DNA from: a virus
Lineage: Duplodnaviria > Heunggongvirae > Uroviricota > Caudoviricetes
Virus record (IMG/VR): IMGVR_UViG_3300035188_001315
Length of the DNA: 64,000 bases
Reading direction: 5' to 3' (one strand)
Shown here: piece after piece, positions 27,768-38,164 of the stretch
How positions within the stretch are numbered: the first letter of the stretch is position 1
How the letters are laid out: each line of letters starts with the position of its first letter
Position numbers and translations under genes: made by a program
Notes under the pieces: generated by a model
What the model was told of the DNA's origin: nothing
Databases searched by the model: none
What the model saw: the letters and a program-made list of their open reading frames with translations, nothing else

Positions 27768-28331
27768 ATGAGTCATTTCAACAATTCAGTACCCAACGAA
27801 CTACAAAATCACATCGAAGTGTTTGCAAATATGGTATTGGATGATTTTATTTCAGATTTTAAAGATTCAACAGGTTGTGCGTCATTGGAAGAATTATCGG
27901 GTATTCCTAAATCTGGTTGGATTCCATTACAACAAGGTGGTTTTGTAATTACCGAACTATACAACAATGGTATTGACCCATCATATCATTTTAATGATGC
28001 TCATTCGAGATTCAATGATAAAAAATATGAAGATTTCATTGAACAATACATGAAAAACAATGAGTTAGATGAAATTGATTATAATGATGATAATTTTCAA
28101 ATAGATGAACTAGAATTATTTGACCCAACACTTTTGAAAGTTACCATTTATGTCGATTCGGTAGAAAACGAAAAACTGGTCAAAATTCAATTGGCAGTAA
28201 ACTATACCGATGCCCCTTACTACACTCAGAAATATGATAACATTTTGAAGGAACTAACCTACCCAACAAAAGAATTTATGAATGTTAATTTTGTCGATGT
28301 TTTAGAACAATTGAAAAATTATCACCTATAA
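27768..28331 (+). CDS. hypothetical acidic protein (187 aa)
   Basis: ORF after promoter at about 27693. Confidence 0.5.
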   Translation: MSHFNNSVPNELQNHIEVFANMVLDDFISDFKDSTGCASLEELSGIPKSGWIPLQQGGFVITELYNNGIDPSYHFNDAHSRFNDKKYEDFIEQYMKNNELDEIDYNDDNFQIDELELFDPTLLKVTIYVDSVENEKLVKIQLAVNYTDAPYYTQKYDNILKELTYPTKEFMNVNFVDVLEQLKNYHL

Positions 28332-28427
28332 TGTAATGAACTTAACAAGCATATTGTATAATCAAACAAATATTGCAAACTATTACAGTATGTTATTATA
28401 CTAAACAATTAATTAGGAGGCTCATAA

Positions 28428-28649
28428 ATGAGAGCGTTAAAAATCAAAATTTCGGATGAACCACGAATTTTAGCTACTGCGGTTAGACATCCATATCAGG
28501 TAGTATTAAACTTTGAAGGTATCACCGAAACCTTAACTGGTTTGATCGAAGGGGATAGTTTTGTTTTTGTTTCTAAAGAAGATCAACCTTTTAAAGATGC
28601 TATCATATTATTAACTGACAATAAAATTAACTATTCTGTGGAGTTTTAA
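28428..28649 (+). CDS. hypothetical protein (73 aa)
   Basis: ORF with GGAGG RBS. Confidence 0.4.
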   Translation: MRALKIKISDEPRILATAVRHPYQVVLNFEGITETLTGLIEGDSFVFVSKEDQPFKDAIILLTDNKINYSVEF

Positions 28650-28651
28650 CT

Positions 28652-28840
28652 ATGTTTGCGATTTTAACTTATGCGATTACAATTGGTGGTGTTTTAACAA
28701 CTAACACTGTTGAGTTGTCAACTATGGCAGAATGTTTGAAAGAGAAAGATCGAATTGAATTGTATTATTTGGAAACATATAAATCTGAAAACTATTCAAT
28801 TACAACCACATGTGATCAACATACCCATTACGATAAGTAA
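28652..28840 (+). CDS. small secreted protein (62 aa)
   Basis: N-terminal hydrophobic segment, two Cys; resembles 54424-54603 product. Confidence 0.4.
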   Translation: MFAILTYAITIGGVLTTNTVELSTMAECLKEKDRIELYYLETYKSENYSITTTCDQHTHYDK

Positions 28841-28872
28841 GATAATTCTGTCATTTGAGTAATTATAAGTCT

Positions 28873-29226
28873 ATGAAAAACTTAACAATTAGTGGAAACC
28901 ATCAATTAGTTGCATCCGTTTTTGGTGTAATTAGTGAAATTATACAAGCTATATCCACCGATTCATACCAACGATTGTTCACTGACTGGAACAACAGTAA
29001 ATCCGATGAGGAAAAATTCAAAGAATTGAAAAAATATCTCAAACGAAATATACCTTCATCACAGGTGGTTGACTCGTTTAAAGTATGCATTATGAATTTT
29101 GCAGGTTTAAATCAACCAATGATTAAAATAAGAGTAGGTACGATAAAAATTAATGTTCGACTGGGTTTTGCATTTGTAATCAATGTAAAACCCACAAAAA
29201 CCAATTTTCCAAATCATTGGGTATAA
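28873..29226 (+). CDS. hypothetical protein
   Basis: ORF from first ATG. Confidence 0.35.
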   Translation: MKNLTISGNHQLVASVFGVISEIIQAISTDSYQRLFTDWNNSKSDEEKFKELKKYLKRNIPSSQVVDSFKVCIMNFAGLNQPMIKIRVGTIKINVRLGFAFVINVKPTKTNFPNHWV

Positions 29227-29265
29227 TTGACATTGAGGTCTCTTTAATTCATTTAAGGTTATTAT

Positions 29266-29559
29266 ATGAGTAATATTGTTAACTTGGAACATTTAAAAAA
29301 ATATCTGCACTGTGAGGATGATAGGGGGTTTTTTTGGATTGTTAACACCAAATATTTTGGGTTTTTAAACCGTCATCCCATCGATTATATCGAATTCCAT
29401 ACGCAAGATGCCGACGATTTACATGTCCGAGTATTCACCAATGATTTTTTCAATGAATTCAACATTGTACTGGTGGATGGTCATGAAACTATTAGCGATC
29501 CCGAACGTTCATTAATAATCATTCAAATGGATACTTTTTTAGAAAATTCGGTAATTTAA
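29266..29559 (+). CDS. hypothetical protein (97 aa)
   Basis: ORF. Confidence 0.4.
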   Translation: MSNIVNLEHLKKYLHCEDDRGFFWIVNTKYFGFLNRHPIDYIEFHTQDADDLHVRVFTNDFFNEFNIVLVDGHETISDPERSLIIIQMDTFLENSVI

Positions 29560-29657
29560 AAAACTTTAAAAAACTCTTGACATCCGTTACAGGTATCGGA
29601 TATAATATATCAACAGTTAAAAAAATGTTTAAATAATTTTCTAAAAAAGGTGATATT

Positions 29658-30056
29658 ATGTCTGCATTTCTTTGTTCTAAAAAACACATTCAACTTATTG
29701 CATTCAACTATGTTGAAATTATGAAAACGGGTAATGTGTTACCAATCGCAAATGAATTATTCAAAGAAAACTTGGATAGTGTCAATTTTCGATACAGTGA
29801 AGTAACCAAATTTAAAAAATGGACAAGTCTTGTTCCCAATTTAAATGTGCTACCCTTAGTTGAACTTTACAAAGCAATTCTATGCTTAGATTATCAATCA
29901 TGTGAACACGACGGTTGGTATGAATCTAAGGCACAAACATTATTAAACAATTTAATTGCAGTAATAGTTCCAAAAATTTTAAAAGAGTTTAATCTTACCA
30001 CTGAGGATGAAATTGCCTCTTTAGATGCTTATACTAAGGCACCTTGGTCTCGGTAG
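29658..30056 (+). CDS. hypothetical protein (132 aa)
   Basis: ORF after promoter at about 29577. Confidence 0.45.
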   Translation: MSAFLCSKKHIQLIAFNYVEIMKTGNVLPIANELFKENLDSVNFRYSEVTKFKKWTSLVPNLNVLPLVELYKAILCLDYQSCEHDGWYESKAQTLLNNLIAVIVPKILKEFNLTTEDEIASLDAYTKAPWSR

Positions 30057-30065
30057 ATTTTAAAG

Positions 30066-30097
30066 GTCAAGAGTTTTAAATTATTAAAACTCTTGAC
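30066..30097. promoter_or_regulatory. perfect 14-bp inverted repeat overlapping a -35 region
   Basis: gtcaagagttttaa-atta-ttaaaactcttgac. The right arm provides aaaactcTTGACA of the promoter for 30161. Confidence 0.5.
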
Positions 30098-30160
30098 ATC
30101 TGCATCTCAATATGATATAATATATTATATATTAAATTCAATGGTTGATTTGGAGTTTGC

Positions 30161-30517
30161 ATGTTTGAATTAGAATTAGTTACTGATTGTAAATTTGATA
30201 GATCATATCATGGATTTTTTGTTAAAAAAACTGAAGTAATTAAAACTTTCAATCATATCAAAGTCGTTGATGAATGTGATGTGACCCAAGATATGTTGTG
30301 GGATTTTTATGAAAACGCACTAAAAAAACAACTAAAAACCGTTTTCATTGGCAACCCCGATGATGAAGAAATGCGGTATTCAGTTGATTATGATGGGATG
30401 TATGCATATTTGTTTGAAAATTCAAATAATAAAAATTCTCTATTTCCATTGCATCGAATAAAAATTGTTGAACCCACTTATGTTCGTTTACACGATGTGA
30501 TTCATAAATTCTTATAA
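30161..30517 (+). CDS. hypothetical protein (118 aa)
   Basis: ORF. Confidence 0.45.
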   Translation: MFELELVTDCKFDRSYHGFFVKKTEVIKTFNHIKVVDECDVTQDMLWDFYENALKKQLKTVFIGNPDDEEMRYSVDYDGMYAYLFENSNNKNSLFPLHRIKIVEPTYVRLHDVIHKFL

Positions 30518-30527
30518 GGGACACAAA

Positions 30528-30863
30528 ATGAAAATTTTAAATGAATACCTCGATTATATTCTAAACTTAAATTTAACTAAATTTGGTGACATGGATCGAG
30601 TTAATTTCCGATTGGGAGCAATTTTTATTGATCGTGTTAGAATCGCATGTGATCAAAATTTAAAACGCAATGGTGATTCCATTGTTGATTTAGTAGATTC
30701 TCTTCATTTCAAACCCTTGGATTCGATTGATGACAAAACGACATATTTATTAGAATTGATAAACACCATCACCAACAAAGAACACCCATTATTGATTTTA
30801 ATGTTTTTTGCAGCAGATGGAATAAACTCTGAAATTTATAAAAAATTCAAACATTTTGCATAA
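30528..30863 (+). CDS. hypothetical protein (111 aa)
   Basis: ORF. Confidence 0.45.
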   Translation: MKILNEYLDYILNLNLTKFGDMDRVNFRLGAIFIDRVRIACDQNLKRNGDSIVDLVDSLHFKPLDSIDDKTTYLLELINTITNKEHPLLILMFFAADGINSEIYKKFKHFA

Positions 30864-30887
30864 TACTCTTACTACAGGATTGACATC

Positions 30888-31106
30888 ATGCACATCATTA
30901 CTTTAACCAACAACGCAGCATACTACAAAAAATCAAACACTGTATATTCTGATGAATTGAAAACCGCTTACAAAATTCATTTAGTTGCTAGTAAAATCAA
31001 TGCTATCTCAGAAAAAAATGATACTACGGCAATTTTAACAGATAATGGCACTTTCAATGTTACTGAATCTGCGGCGACAGTGATTGGGCTGTTACAAAAT
31101 CAGTAA
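30888..31106 (+). CDS. hypothetical protein (72 aa)
   Basis: ORF. Confidence 0.4.
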   Translation: MHIITLTNNAAYYKKSNTVYSDELKTAYKIHLVASKINAISEKNDTTAILTDNGTFNVTESAATVIGLLQNQ

Positions 31107-31259
31107 AGTTTTTTCAAACTCAACACCACACTGATTAAAAAAGATTACTAAAAATAACCTTTTTAATCTCATCAATCCTTTTCAATTTTTAAAATTTTTA
31201 AAATTTTTGGTATAATAAATATTAATAACATTCAGTTAAACTTTAAAAGGACAGCCAAA

Positions 31260-31379
31260 ATGCCATATTTAGTATTTTCACTAATATCAGTTGTAGTTGG
31301 TTACACCATTACAAAAATTGAATTTTCAAAATATTTAAACGACAGAAAAACACCTAAGAGTGTAGAAAAACCACAATGA
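31260..31379 (+). CDS. 39-aa transmembrane peptide
   Basis: Short ORF with one TM helix, promoter upstream (tggTATAAT), overlaps next start (ATGA). Confidence 0.3.
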   Translation: MPYLVFSLISVVVGYTITKIEFSKYLNDRKTPKSVEKPQ

Positions 31380-31561
31380 ACGCATATTTAAAATTTTTAA
31401 GTTTTGTTACTATTTTCGTACTACAATTTGGTTGGATTTTACCAAATCTTATTTCAAGTGCCGATTGGTTATTATTTACATTTGGTTGGATTATTTTACT
31501 TGTGTTTGATCCATTACTAATATTTTTATATTTAAAACATTTGAAATTGATAAACCACTAA
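31376..31561 (+). CDS. small two-TM membrane protein (possible NfeD-like partner)
   Basis: Hydrophobic 61-aa ORF immediately upstream of SPFH gene. Confidence 0.45.
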   Translation: MNAYLKFLSFVTIFVLQFGWILPNLISSADWLLFTFGWIILLVFDPLLIFLYLKHLKLINH

Positions 31562-31585
31562 CTATTATCTTGGGAGAAGCAAAAA

Positions 31586-32443
31586 ATGAAAAAATTATTA
31601 CTGACTCTTATGTTATTATCTCCGTTAACTTTAGTAAGTTGTAGTAAAGTTCCTGCAGGTACAGTAGGGATTAAAGTGCATTTACTAGGTGGTGATAAAG
31701 GTGTAGATACACAAGAACTATCACCTGGGTTGTATTGGATTGGTATGAATGAAGATTTATATACATTTCCAACATTTACACAAAATTATACCTGGACTAA
31801 AGATGATAAAGAAGGTAGCCCAAACGATGAATCCATTACTTTCCAAACGAAAGAAGGTTTAAGTGCTAACGCAGATATTGGTATTTCGTACCACATTCAA
31901 CCTGAAAAAACCTCTGTACTATTTCAAAAATATAGAAAAGGTGTTCGAGAAATTACGGATGTATATATTCGCAACATGGTTCGAGATTCAATCAATATTG
32001 AAGCAAGTACCCAATTAATTGAATCTGTGTATGGTTCTGGAAAAGCTGATCTAATTACTAATACTGAAAAACGTATTCAACATGAATTATTAGATACTGG
32101 CATTGTATTAGAACATCTATATTGGATTGGTGAAATTAGATTACCTCCATCCGTGGTTGCCTCTTTAACCAATAAGGTAAATGCATCCCAAATTTCACAA
32201 CAAAAACAACAGGAAATTGAACAGGCCAAAGCAGATGCATTAAAAGCTCAGGCGGTTGCAGAAGGGGAAGCGAATGCTAAGTTAACACTAGCTCGTGCTG
32301 ATGCTGAAGCAATTAGATTGCGTGGTGAAGCAATCAAAAATAACCCAAGTGTAGTTCAGTTAAACGCAATTGAACGATGGGATGGACACTTACCACAAAT
32401 CACTTCTGGTGCAACCCCTTTTGTGGATTTAACCAAAAAATAA
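31586..32443 (+). CDS. SPFH/band-7 (stomatin/HflKC-like) domain lipoprotein
   Basis: Lipobox LTLVSC; C-terminal Ala/Glu/Gln-rich coiled coil typical of SPFH proteins. Confidence 0.6.
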   Translation: MKKLLLTLMLLSPLTLVSCSKVPAGTVGIKVHLLGGDKGVDTQELSPGLYWIGMNEDLYTFPTFTQNYTWTKDDKEGSPNDESITFQTKEGLSANADIGISYHIQPEKTSVLFQKYRKGVREITDVYIRNMVRDSINIEASTQLIESVYGSGKADLITNTEKRIQHELLDTGIVLEHLYWIGEIRLPPSVVASLTNKVNASQISQQKQQEIEQAKADALKAQAVAEGEANAKLTLARADAEAIRLRGEAIKNNPSVVQLNAIERWDGHLPQITSGATPFVDLTKK

Positions 32444-32526
32444 AATATCTTGACATTGACATCTTATTTTGATATAATATACCTAACCATAAAAAGTTAG
32501 GTATTTTTTGTTGTAGGTACACTAAT

Positions 32527-33024
32527 ATGAGTTTAAGCATCGATTTGTATGAAGTTAAAAAAGAGGGCGATTCAGTTATTGTTGAATTCTTTGATGATGA
32601 TTTGGAAACAAAACAATATGTGGATATTTTCAACTATTTTAAACCGTTTTTAGTGGAATCAATGGAAACCGTTTTTAATACCAATGCAGCATTAATAGCA
32701 TTGGGTGTAGATAAACAGGTATCCATGACTGATTATTATGTGTCTGCGGGTGGTTGGTCTTACTGGGTTGATAATCAGAGATATATCATTCCCAAAAATG
32801 AAATACCTACTGAAAATTTAAAAATGTACACTTTAAAAGGCACATGTTTGCGTGGTTTGGATAGTACGTTTACTGATAAATATTTAAATGAAATGTATGA
32901 AAACGAACACCGTTATATTTTTGGAAAACAGAATTTTAATCATTACAAAAAGTTTTCTAAAAAAAATGTTGGTTTGAATAACATTCAATGGACAGAAAAT
33001 TTACTGGTCCATAATAGTTACTAA
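32527..33024 (+). CDS. hypothetical protein (165 aa)
   Basis: ORF after promoter at about 32445. Confidence 0.45.
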   Translation: MSLSIDLYEVKKEGDSVIVEFFDDDLETKQYVDIFNYFKPFLVESMETVFNTNAALIALGVDKQVSMTDYYVSAGGWSYWVDNQRYIIPKNEIPTENLKMYTLKGTCLRGLDSTFTDKYLNEMYENEHRYIFGKQNFNHYKKFSKKNVGLNNIQWTENLLVHNSY

Positions 33025-33040
33025 ACAGGATAAAACAAAC

Positions 33041-33496
33041 ATGAACAAAATAAAACTTTTTTTAGATTTAGAGGACACAATCGTTGATAATTGGGATGAT
33101 TTTTTATTCATTCCATCAAATTGTGAAAAAATAAAAACGTATATCAAAGAACACAAAATAACAGATATTACTGTTTTTAGTTTTGCGATTGATGATGAAG
33201 ATGATGTGATTACTTTTGTTAAACAACATCAAGAAGAGGTGGAAAGAATTTTAGATGTGAAAATCAACCATGTTATGCCATTAACAGAAGTAACCGATTT
33301 ACTTTATCGGGGGTTAAATTTATCAAAATATGATATAAAATCTTTTGGTAAACAAGCCATCTTTTTAAATTTTATCGATTATATTATCGTGGATAATACA
33401 ACTTACATTTTAATTGATGATATGGTAGACAATTTAACGATAACATACCACGATTCAAACAACACAGTGAAATTAACAAACATAAATAAGTGGTAG
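33041..33496 (+). CDS. hypothetical protein (151 aa)
   Basis: ORF. Confidence 0.45.
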   Translation: MNKIKLFLDLEDTIVDNWDDFLFIPSNCEKIKTYIKEHKITDITVFSFAIDDEDDVITFVKQHQEEVERILDVKINHVMPLTEVTDLLYRGLNLSKYDIKSFGKQAIFLNFIDYIIVDNTTYILIDDMVDNLTITYHDSNNTVKLTNINKW

Positions 33497-33528
33497 ATAC
33501 CATCAAATTGTAATTTTTGGAGGAATTT

Positions 33529-33744
33529 ATGGCAAATTTAAAAGCTGGTTCAACAGTTGAATTCAGAGATGTATCTGGAACGTTCAAAGTATTATCAACA
33601 TCTAGAACCACTAGAGGAATGTTTCAGGTTGTTCTTGAAAATGATGAACGTCGAATTTGTGTTACTAGACATTTATCGGCGTTCAAAATCATATCGTCAT
33701 CACAGAACGACAGAACTGTATATACAACACCAACGGATGAGTAA
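33529..33744 (+). CDS. hypothetical protein (71 aa)
   Basis: ORF with GGAGG RBS; preferred over overlapping frame. Confidence 0.4.
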   Translation: MANLKAGSTVEFRDVSGTFKVLSTSRTTRGMFQVVLENDERRICVTRHLSAFKIISSSQNDRTVYTTPTDE

Positions 33745-33748
33745 TAAT

Positions 33749-33901
33749 ATGAAATTTTCTAATGTACTGGAATTAGAAAAAACAAAAGTTAACAGTAGAA
33801 AAAAACAGTCTACTGTCAATGTGCCAAGGTTCGAAGATAGACATGAGTTTTTACAACGCAGATCCGTTACTATCATAAAACCACAAAATAAGAAAAATTA
33901 A
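33749..33901 (+). CDS. hypothetical basic protein (50 aa)
   Basis: Short ORF directly following. Confidence 0.3.
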   Translation: MKFSNVLELEKTKVNSRKKQSTVNVPRFEDRHEFLQRRSVTIIKPQNKKN

Positions 33902-33937
33902 AATAATATTGTTAACCTTGGATAAATGGAGAAATTT

Positions 33938-34114
33938 ATGCAGCTATACCAAAACACGTCATATAACATTGAAAAAAACAAATATACTCAAAATGACATG
34001 ATTCTACCAAATTATATTCATTATAATGGAATAGGTAGTTATAATCATAGTACATGTTTGTTTAATGCTGCGGTTATTTTTTGTCCATTAACTTATGATT
34101 ATATTAAAAAATAA
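33938..34114 (+). CDS. hypothetical protein
   Basis: ORF with GGAGAAAT RBS. Confidence 0.3.
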   Translation: MQLYQNTSYNIEKNKYTQNDMILPNYIHYNGIGSYNHSTCLFNAAVIFCPLTYDYIKK

Positions 34115-34391
34115 ATCAAAATAAAACAGGTACCACCATGAAATCAAAATTAAAAACCTTGGTGATGTCTACTGTCGGCATAATGACTTTTATTAGTGTG
34201 AGTCTCATTGCAATAATCTCGACTATAATAACCATTTTTTTAGGTAGTATCATCATTGTAGTTCTCGCAGCATATGAAAATAAGTTATTATGAAATTAAA
34301 AAAACTTAAAAACTCTTGACATCTGTCAACATATTTGATATAATAGTTTTAACAAATTAACTCCAAACCAAAACTCTCTAAGGAATAAAAA

Positions 34392-35222
34392 ATGATCCCA
34401 CATATCTATAATGGCAATGGTACAATTTCTTTAATGATTGACGGTGTTATGAAACCTGTTGATACAGCTCACAAATTTTATGAACAAATCAAAGAGGCAT
34501 TAAAAGCTAAAAATTGGGATGTAATTCCAAATTTGGTAAACATCACACAACAAGTTGAAAATGCTATTAATGCTAGTACAATCAATGGTAATTCGGTTGA
34601 AATTAAATATGGTGAGGTGTTTTATAAAGGAACACTAATTCATAATGCGTTAACAACTCGCATCGTTAGTATGGCGAAAGATGGATTTGACATTGGTCAC
34701 ATGGTAAAATTTTTAGAAAATTTAATGTTAAATCCATCAAATCGAGCAGTTAAAGAATTGTATTCTTTCTTAGAAGTGGGTAATATCCCTATTACTGAAA
34801 ATGGTACATTTTTAACTTATAAAAAAATCAGAAATGATTGGACTGACATTCATTCTGGTAAATTTAACAATTCTGTTGGTGCAGTTGTAAAAATGGAACG
34901 TAACTTTGTTGATGAAGATTCATCCGTTACGTGCTCGACTGGATTGCATGTATGCTCTTATAGTTATTTGCCACATTTTGGCAACACGCATGATAGTCGA
35001 GTTGTTATTTGTGAGGTAAATCCAAAAGATGTAGTGTCAATTCCTCAAGATTACAATAACTCAAAAATGCGTGTTTGTGAATACACCGTTATCGGGGAAG
35101 TGAAAAATTATACCGAGGATGATGTTTTGGCTAAAAATGCAGTTATGTTTACCACTGACATTAAACCTCATTTCACAGTTACCGAAACTGAAACTGATTT
35201 GAATATTACTGTTACTATTTAA
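34392..35222 (+). CDS. hypothetical protein (276 aa)
   Basis: ORF after promoter at about 34306. Confidence 0.5.
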   Translation: MIPHIYNGNGTISLMIDGVMKPVDTAHKFYEQIKEALKAKNWDVIPNLVNITQQVENAINASTINGNSVEIKYGEVFYKGTLIHNALTTRIVSMAKDGFDIGHMVKFLENLMLNPSNRAVKELYSFLEVGNIPITENGTFLTYKKIRNDWTDIHSGKFNNSVGAVVKMERNFVDEDSSVTCSTGLHVCSYSYLPHFGNTHDSRVVICEVNPKDVVSIPQDYNNSKMRVCEYTVIGEVKNYTEDDVLAKNAVMFTTDIKPHFTVTETETDLNITVTI

Positions 35223-35401
35223 AATTGGTCGATCTACACCATGTAGTATAATTTGTGGAGGGAGAAGGTTTACCTCCACAAATAAAATGTAGTGATGTCG
35301 TTGACAACGGAAAAAACACTAAAAAACTATGGACATTCGGTTAGATTTGTAGTATAATAGTATTACAAAACCAAATTTACTTTTTAATAAGGAATCACAA
35401 A

Positions 35402-35764
35402 ATGCAAAAAACAATTACTATCACAGTTGATTTCACTGATCAGTATTCTTACAATTCATTTAAAAATGAAGTTTTATCGGTTGTTGAAAAATTTAAATCA
35501 AAATCTTATCAACCAGATAGCTTTGTATCTGCAAAAGTAATTGGTAAACAAATAACATCATTGCTACGCTCAAATCATTTAGATTCGGGAGACATTGAAG
35601 ATATGTGTATAAAGGCAAATTTAAATAAAAATGATCTTTACTCTATCACAGATTTAACTGATGCAGGTGAATATAAAAGAGTTGGTAAAAAAATCGCATT
35701 TTTCATTGATTATGGTCGTCTTGAAAAAGACGTTGTTGTGAAGTTTTTAAAAACCTGGTTTTAA
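35402..35764 (+). CDS. paralogue 1 of a tandem triplicated small-protein family
   Basis: Shares IGKxxT ... C ... GL ... GEYKRVGKK-A-FID pattern with the next two ORFs. Confidence 0.5.
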   Translation: MQKTITITVDFTDQYSYNSFKNEVLSVVEKFKSKSYQPDSFVSAKVIGKQITSLLRSNHLDSGDIEDMCIKANLNKNDLYSITDLTDAGEYKRVGKKIAFFIDYGRLEKDVVVKFLKTWF

Positions 35765-35862
35765 ATTTCTTTAAACCAATCAAATGTTAAAAGTAGTGGT
35801 TGGTTTCTTAAAATTAACCACTACAAAAAACAAAATTACAAATTAAATTAAGGATACCAACA

Positions 35863-36129
35863 ATGAGCACTATTGAAAAAACACCATTATCAGAACAAGG
35901 TAAATTAATTGGTAAAAAAGTAACCGAGGCTTTAGAATCAGCAAAATTAAATAACATCAGCATCGTACAAATGTGTGTAGATGCAGGTTTAGAAATTCGA
36001 GCAGCTGCGTTGATTGGTGATTTAGCAAATTATGCACAATTTAAAAAAGCTGGTAAAAAAGTGGCTTATTACGTCGATCGTGATGTAATCAACAAAGACA
36101 CCATTTTGGAAAAATTGAGTTTTGCATAA
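35863..36129 (+). CDS. paralogue 2 of tandem family
   Basis: Same conserved pattern. Confidence 0.5.
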   Translation: MSTIEKTPLSEQGKLIGKKVTEALESAKLNNISIVQMCVDAGLEIRAAALIGDLANYAQFKKAGKKVAYYVDRDVINKDTILEKLSFA

Positions 36130-36183
36130 ATTACTTTATTTTGGTATAATAACAAAAAACTAAAATAACTTAAACAGGATTAA

Positions 36184-36462
36184 ATGATGAGTACTGAAAC
36201 TGAAAAACCAATTCCCGAAAATAAAACCATTGGTAAACAAGTAACAGCTGCATTTGAAAATAAACAAATCGATGTATCTGATTTGAATACTATTTGCACT
36301 GCCAGTGGTTTATCTATGGATAAAGTGATTGAACTTTCAGAATTAGCGACTAATGGTGAATACAAACGTGTGGGTAAACGTATTACTTGTTTTATTGATG
36401 AGGGTGAATTGGTGAATTGGGTGTTTTATTTACAATTCCAACAATCGTTACCAAAGAGTTAA
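36184..36462 (+). CDS. paralogue 3 of tandem family
   Basis: Same conserved pattern. Confidence 0.5.
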   Translation: MMSTETEKPIPENKTIGKQVTAAFENKQIDVSDLNTICTASGLSMDKVIELSELATNGEYKRVGKRITCFIDEGELVNWVFYLQFQQSLPKS

Positions 36463-36557
36463 ATACCCGAATTTTAAATATTTTAAAAAAACACTTGACA
36501 TCACTAATGAATATGTGATATAATATATTCACACTAAGATAATCACTGGAGTTTAAA

Positions 36558-36791
36558 ATGTATAAAGTAATTAAAAACATTGATGAAGAAGTAACTGTTG
36601 AAGGTGAATTCCTAACAAGAGATTTGGCAGAAGAAAGGTTAATTGATGTTATTGCAGATACCATTTCAAATTTTGACGATTATGATTTTGAAGATATTGA
36701 CGCAATAATGGAACGTGGTTTTGAAAACACTAGTTTTGGTTCAATGTATATTGAAGAATATGGTGAAATTCCAGAAGGGGCAAATGTTTGA
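36558..36791 (+). CDS. hypothetical acidic protein (77 aa)
   Basis: ORF after promoter at about 36495. Confidence 0.4.
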   Translation: MYKVIKNIDEEVTVEGEFLTRDLAEERLIDVIADTISNFDDYDFEDIDAIMERGFENTSFGSMYIEEYGEIPEGANV

Positions 36792-37042
36792 TGAAAGTGT
36801 TTAAAACAGAAACCTGGTTAAATCCAAAAAATCATCCAAGTACAGGTAGTGTTGTTTGTTACCACGGAAAAGCACCTTGGAAAAAACACAAAAAGAAATT
36901 AACTTTTTTGCAAATTAGTGATTGTAGTGGTTCAATCAGATTACATAGGACAGATTATGATACTAAGGAAGATTTTGCATCCAAACTTGAAAATCTTGAG
37001 ATGGCAATTTCAGAATTTAGAAAATACTTACTCACTAATTAA
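36788..37042 (+). CDS. hypothetical protein (84 aa)
   Basis: ORF overlapping previous stop; followed by terminator. Confidence 0.4.
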   Translation: MMKVFKTETWLNPKNHPSTGSVVCYHGKAPWKKHKKKLTFLQISDCSGSIRLHRTDYDTKEDFASKLENLEMAISEFRKYLLTN

Positions 37043-37068
37043 AGTGTTGTAACCAAATTTAAAATTCA

Positions 37069-37114
37069 AACCAGTTAATGTGGAATGGGGTATTTCCAGT
37101 TAACTGGTTTTTTG
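37069..37114 (+). terminator. rho-independent terminator
   Basis: ccagttaa ... ttaactgg stem followed by T6. Confidence 0.55.
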
Positions 37115-37155
37115 TAACTTAAATTATAATGGACTAATTAATAGGAACTCAACAA

Positions 37156-38079
37156 ATGGAACAAAAATCTTTCAAAATTGCCTTTATAAGTGATGTACAT
37201 GTGGATAGTTATGTGCGTAATGATACTCATTCACCAAGTACAGTTGAAAAACTAATTGACACATTCATTGATACTCACCTGCAATTAGAATCTGCAGACA
37301 TATTAGTGATCGCCGGTGATATTAGTCATTATGTTGAATTAAGTCAGTTATTTTTTAAGGTATTGGTTGAAAGAAAACTATTCAAAAAGATTTTTGTTAC
37401 TTTTGGCAATCATGATCTTTATATGTGTACACAAATGGATATGACACAATATAAAACCTCCTGGGATAAGATATTAGATCTTAAAAGAGTTTGTGCCTCC
37501 TTTGACGGTATAGAATTTTTAGATGGTGGTATTATCGATGTTGATGGGGTGTCGATCGGTGGATGTGGTTGCTGGTACGATTTTACTTATGGGTATTCGC
37601 AGTTTGGTTTGAATAAATTTCAAATGATGCATAAGTGGAAAGATCATATCAATGATGCAAACTATATCAAAGGAACAGATAGTCCAACAGAAATAAACGA
37701 TAGTCGTACATCCTCATTAGGTGAATGGGGCTATAGAAAAATCAAACAATATTCATTCGATCCAATAAAATTCTTTGAAACGGAAAAACTGAAATTGGAA
37801 GCAATAATTGAAAAATGTGATATTTTTGTTTCACATGTTGGTCCCGTAGTTCCCGATACATTACGACCTGAATATCAAACACCTGTCACGGGGTGTTTTT
37901 ATTTTGATGGGTTACAATATTTAAATGCTGAAAAAGCCCCAAAATTATGGATATTCGGACATACACATGATTCGTATAATTTTAAAATTAACAACACGAC
38001 TTTAATGTGTAACCCCCTAGGTTATAAATCCGAAAATAAAAACACTGTGGTTGCAACAGTTGATTACTTCGAATTGTGA
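37156..38079 (+). CDS. calcineurin-like metallophosphoesterase
   Basis: Motifs IAFISDVHVD, VIAGDISH, GNHD. Confidence 0.65.
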   Translation: MEQKSFKIAFISDVHVDSYVRNDTHSPSTVEKLIDTFIDTHLQLESADILVIAGDISHYVELSQLFFKVLVERKLFKKIFVTFGNHDLYMCTQMDMTQYKTSWDKILDLKRVCASFDGIEFLDGGIIDVDGVSIGGCGCWYDFTYGYSQFGLNKFQMMHKWKDHINDANYIKGTDSPTEINDSRTSSLGEWGYRKIKQYSFDPIKFFETEKLKLEAIIEKCDIFVSHVGPVVPDTLRPEYQTPVTGCFYFDGLQYLNAEKAPKLWIFGHTHDSYNFKINNTTLMCNPLGYKSENKNTVVATVDYFEL

Positions 38080-38164
38080 TTTTTTTTCAAAAAAATAAAA
38101 ATTCTCTTGACTATAGGTTATCATTGTGCTATAATAACCTATCAATTTAATAAGGGGGTTAAGA

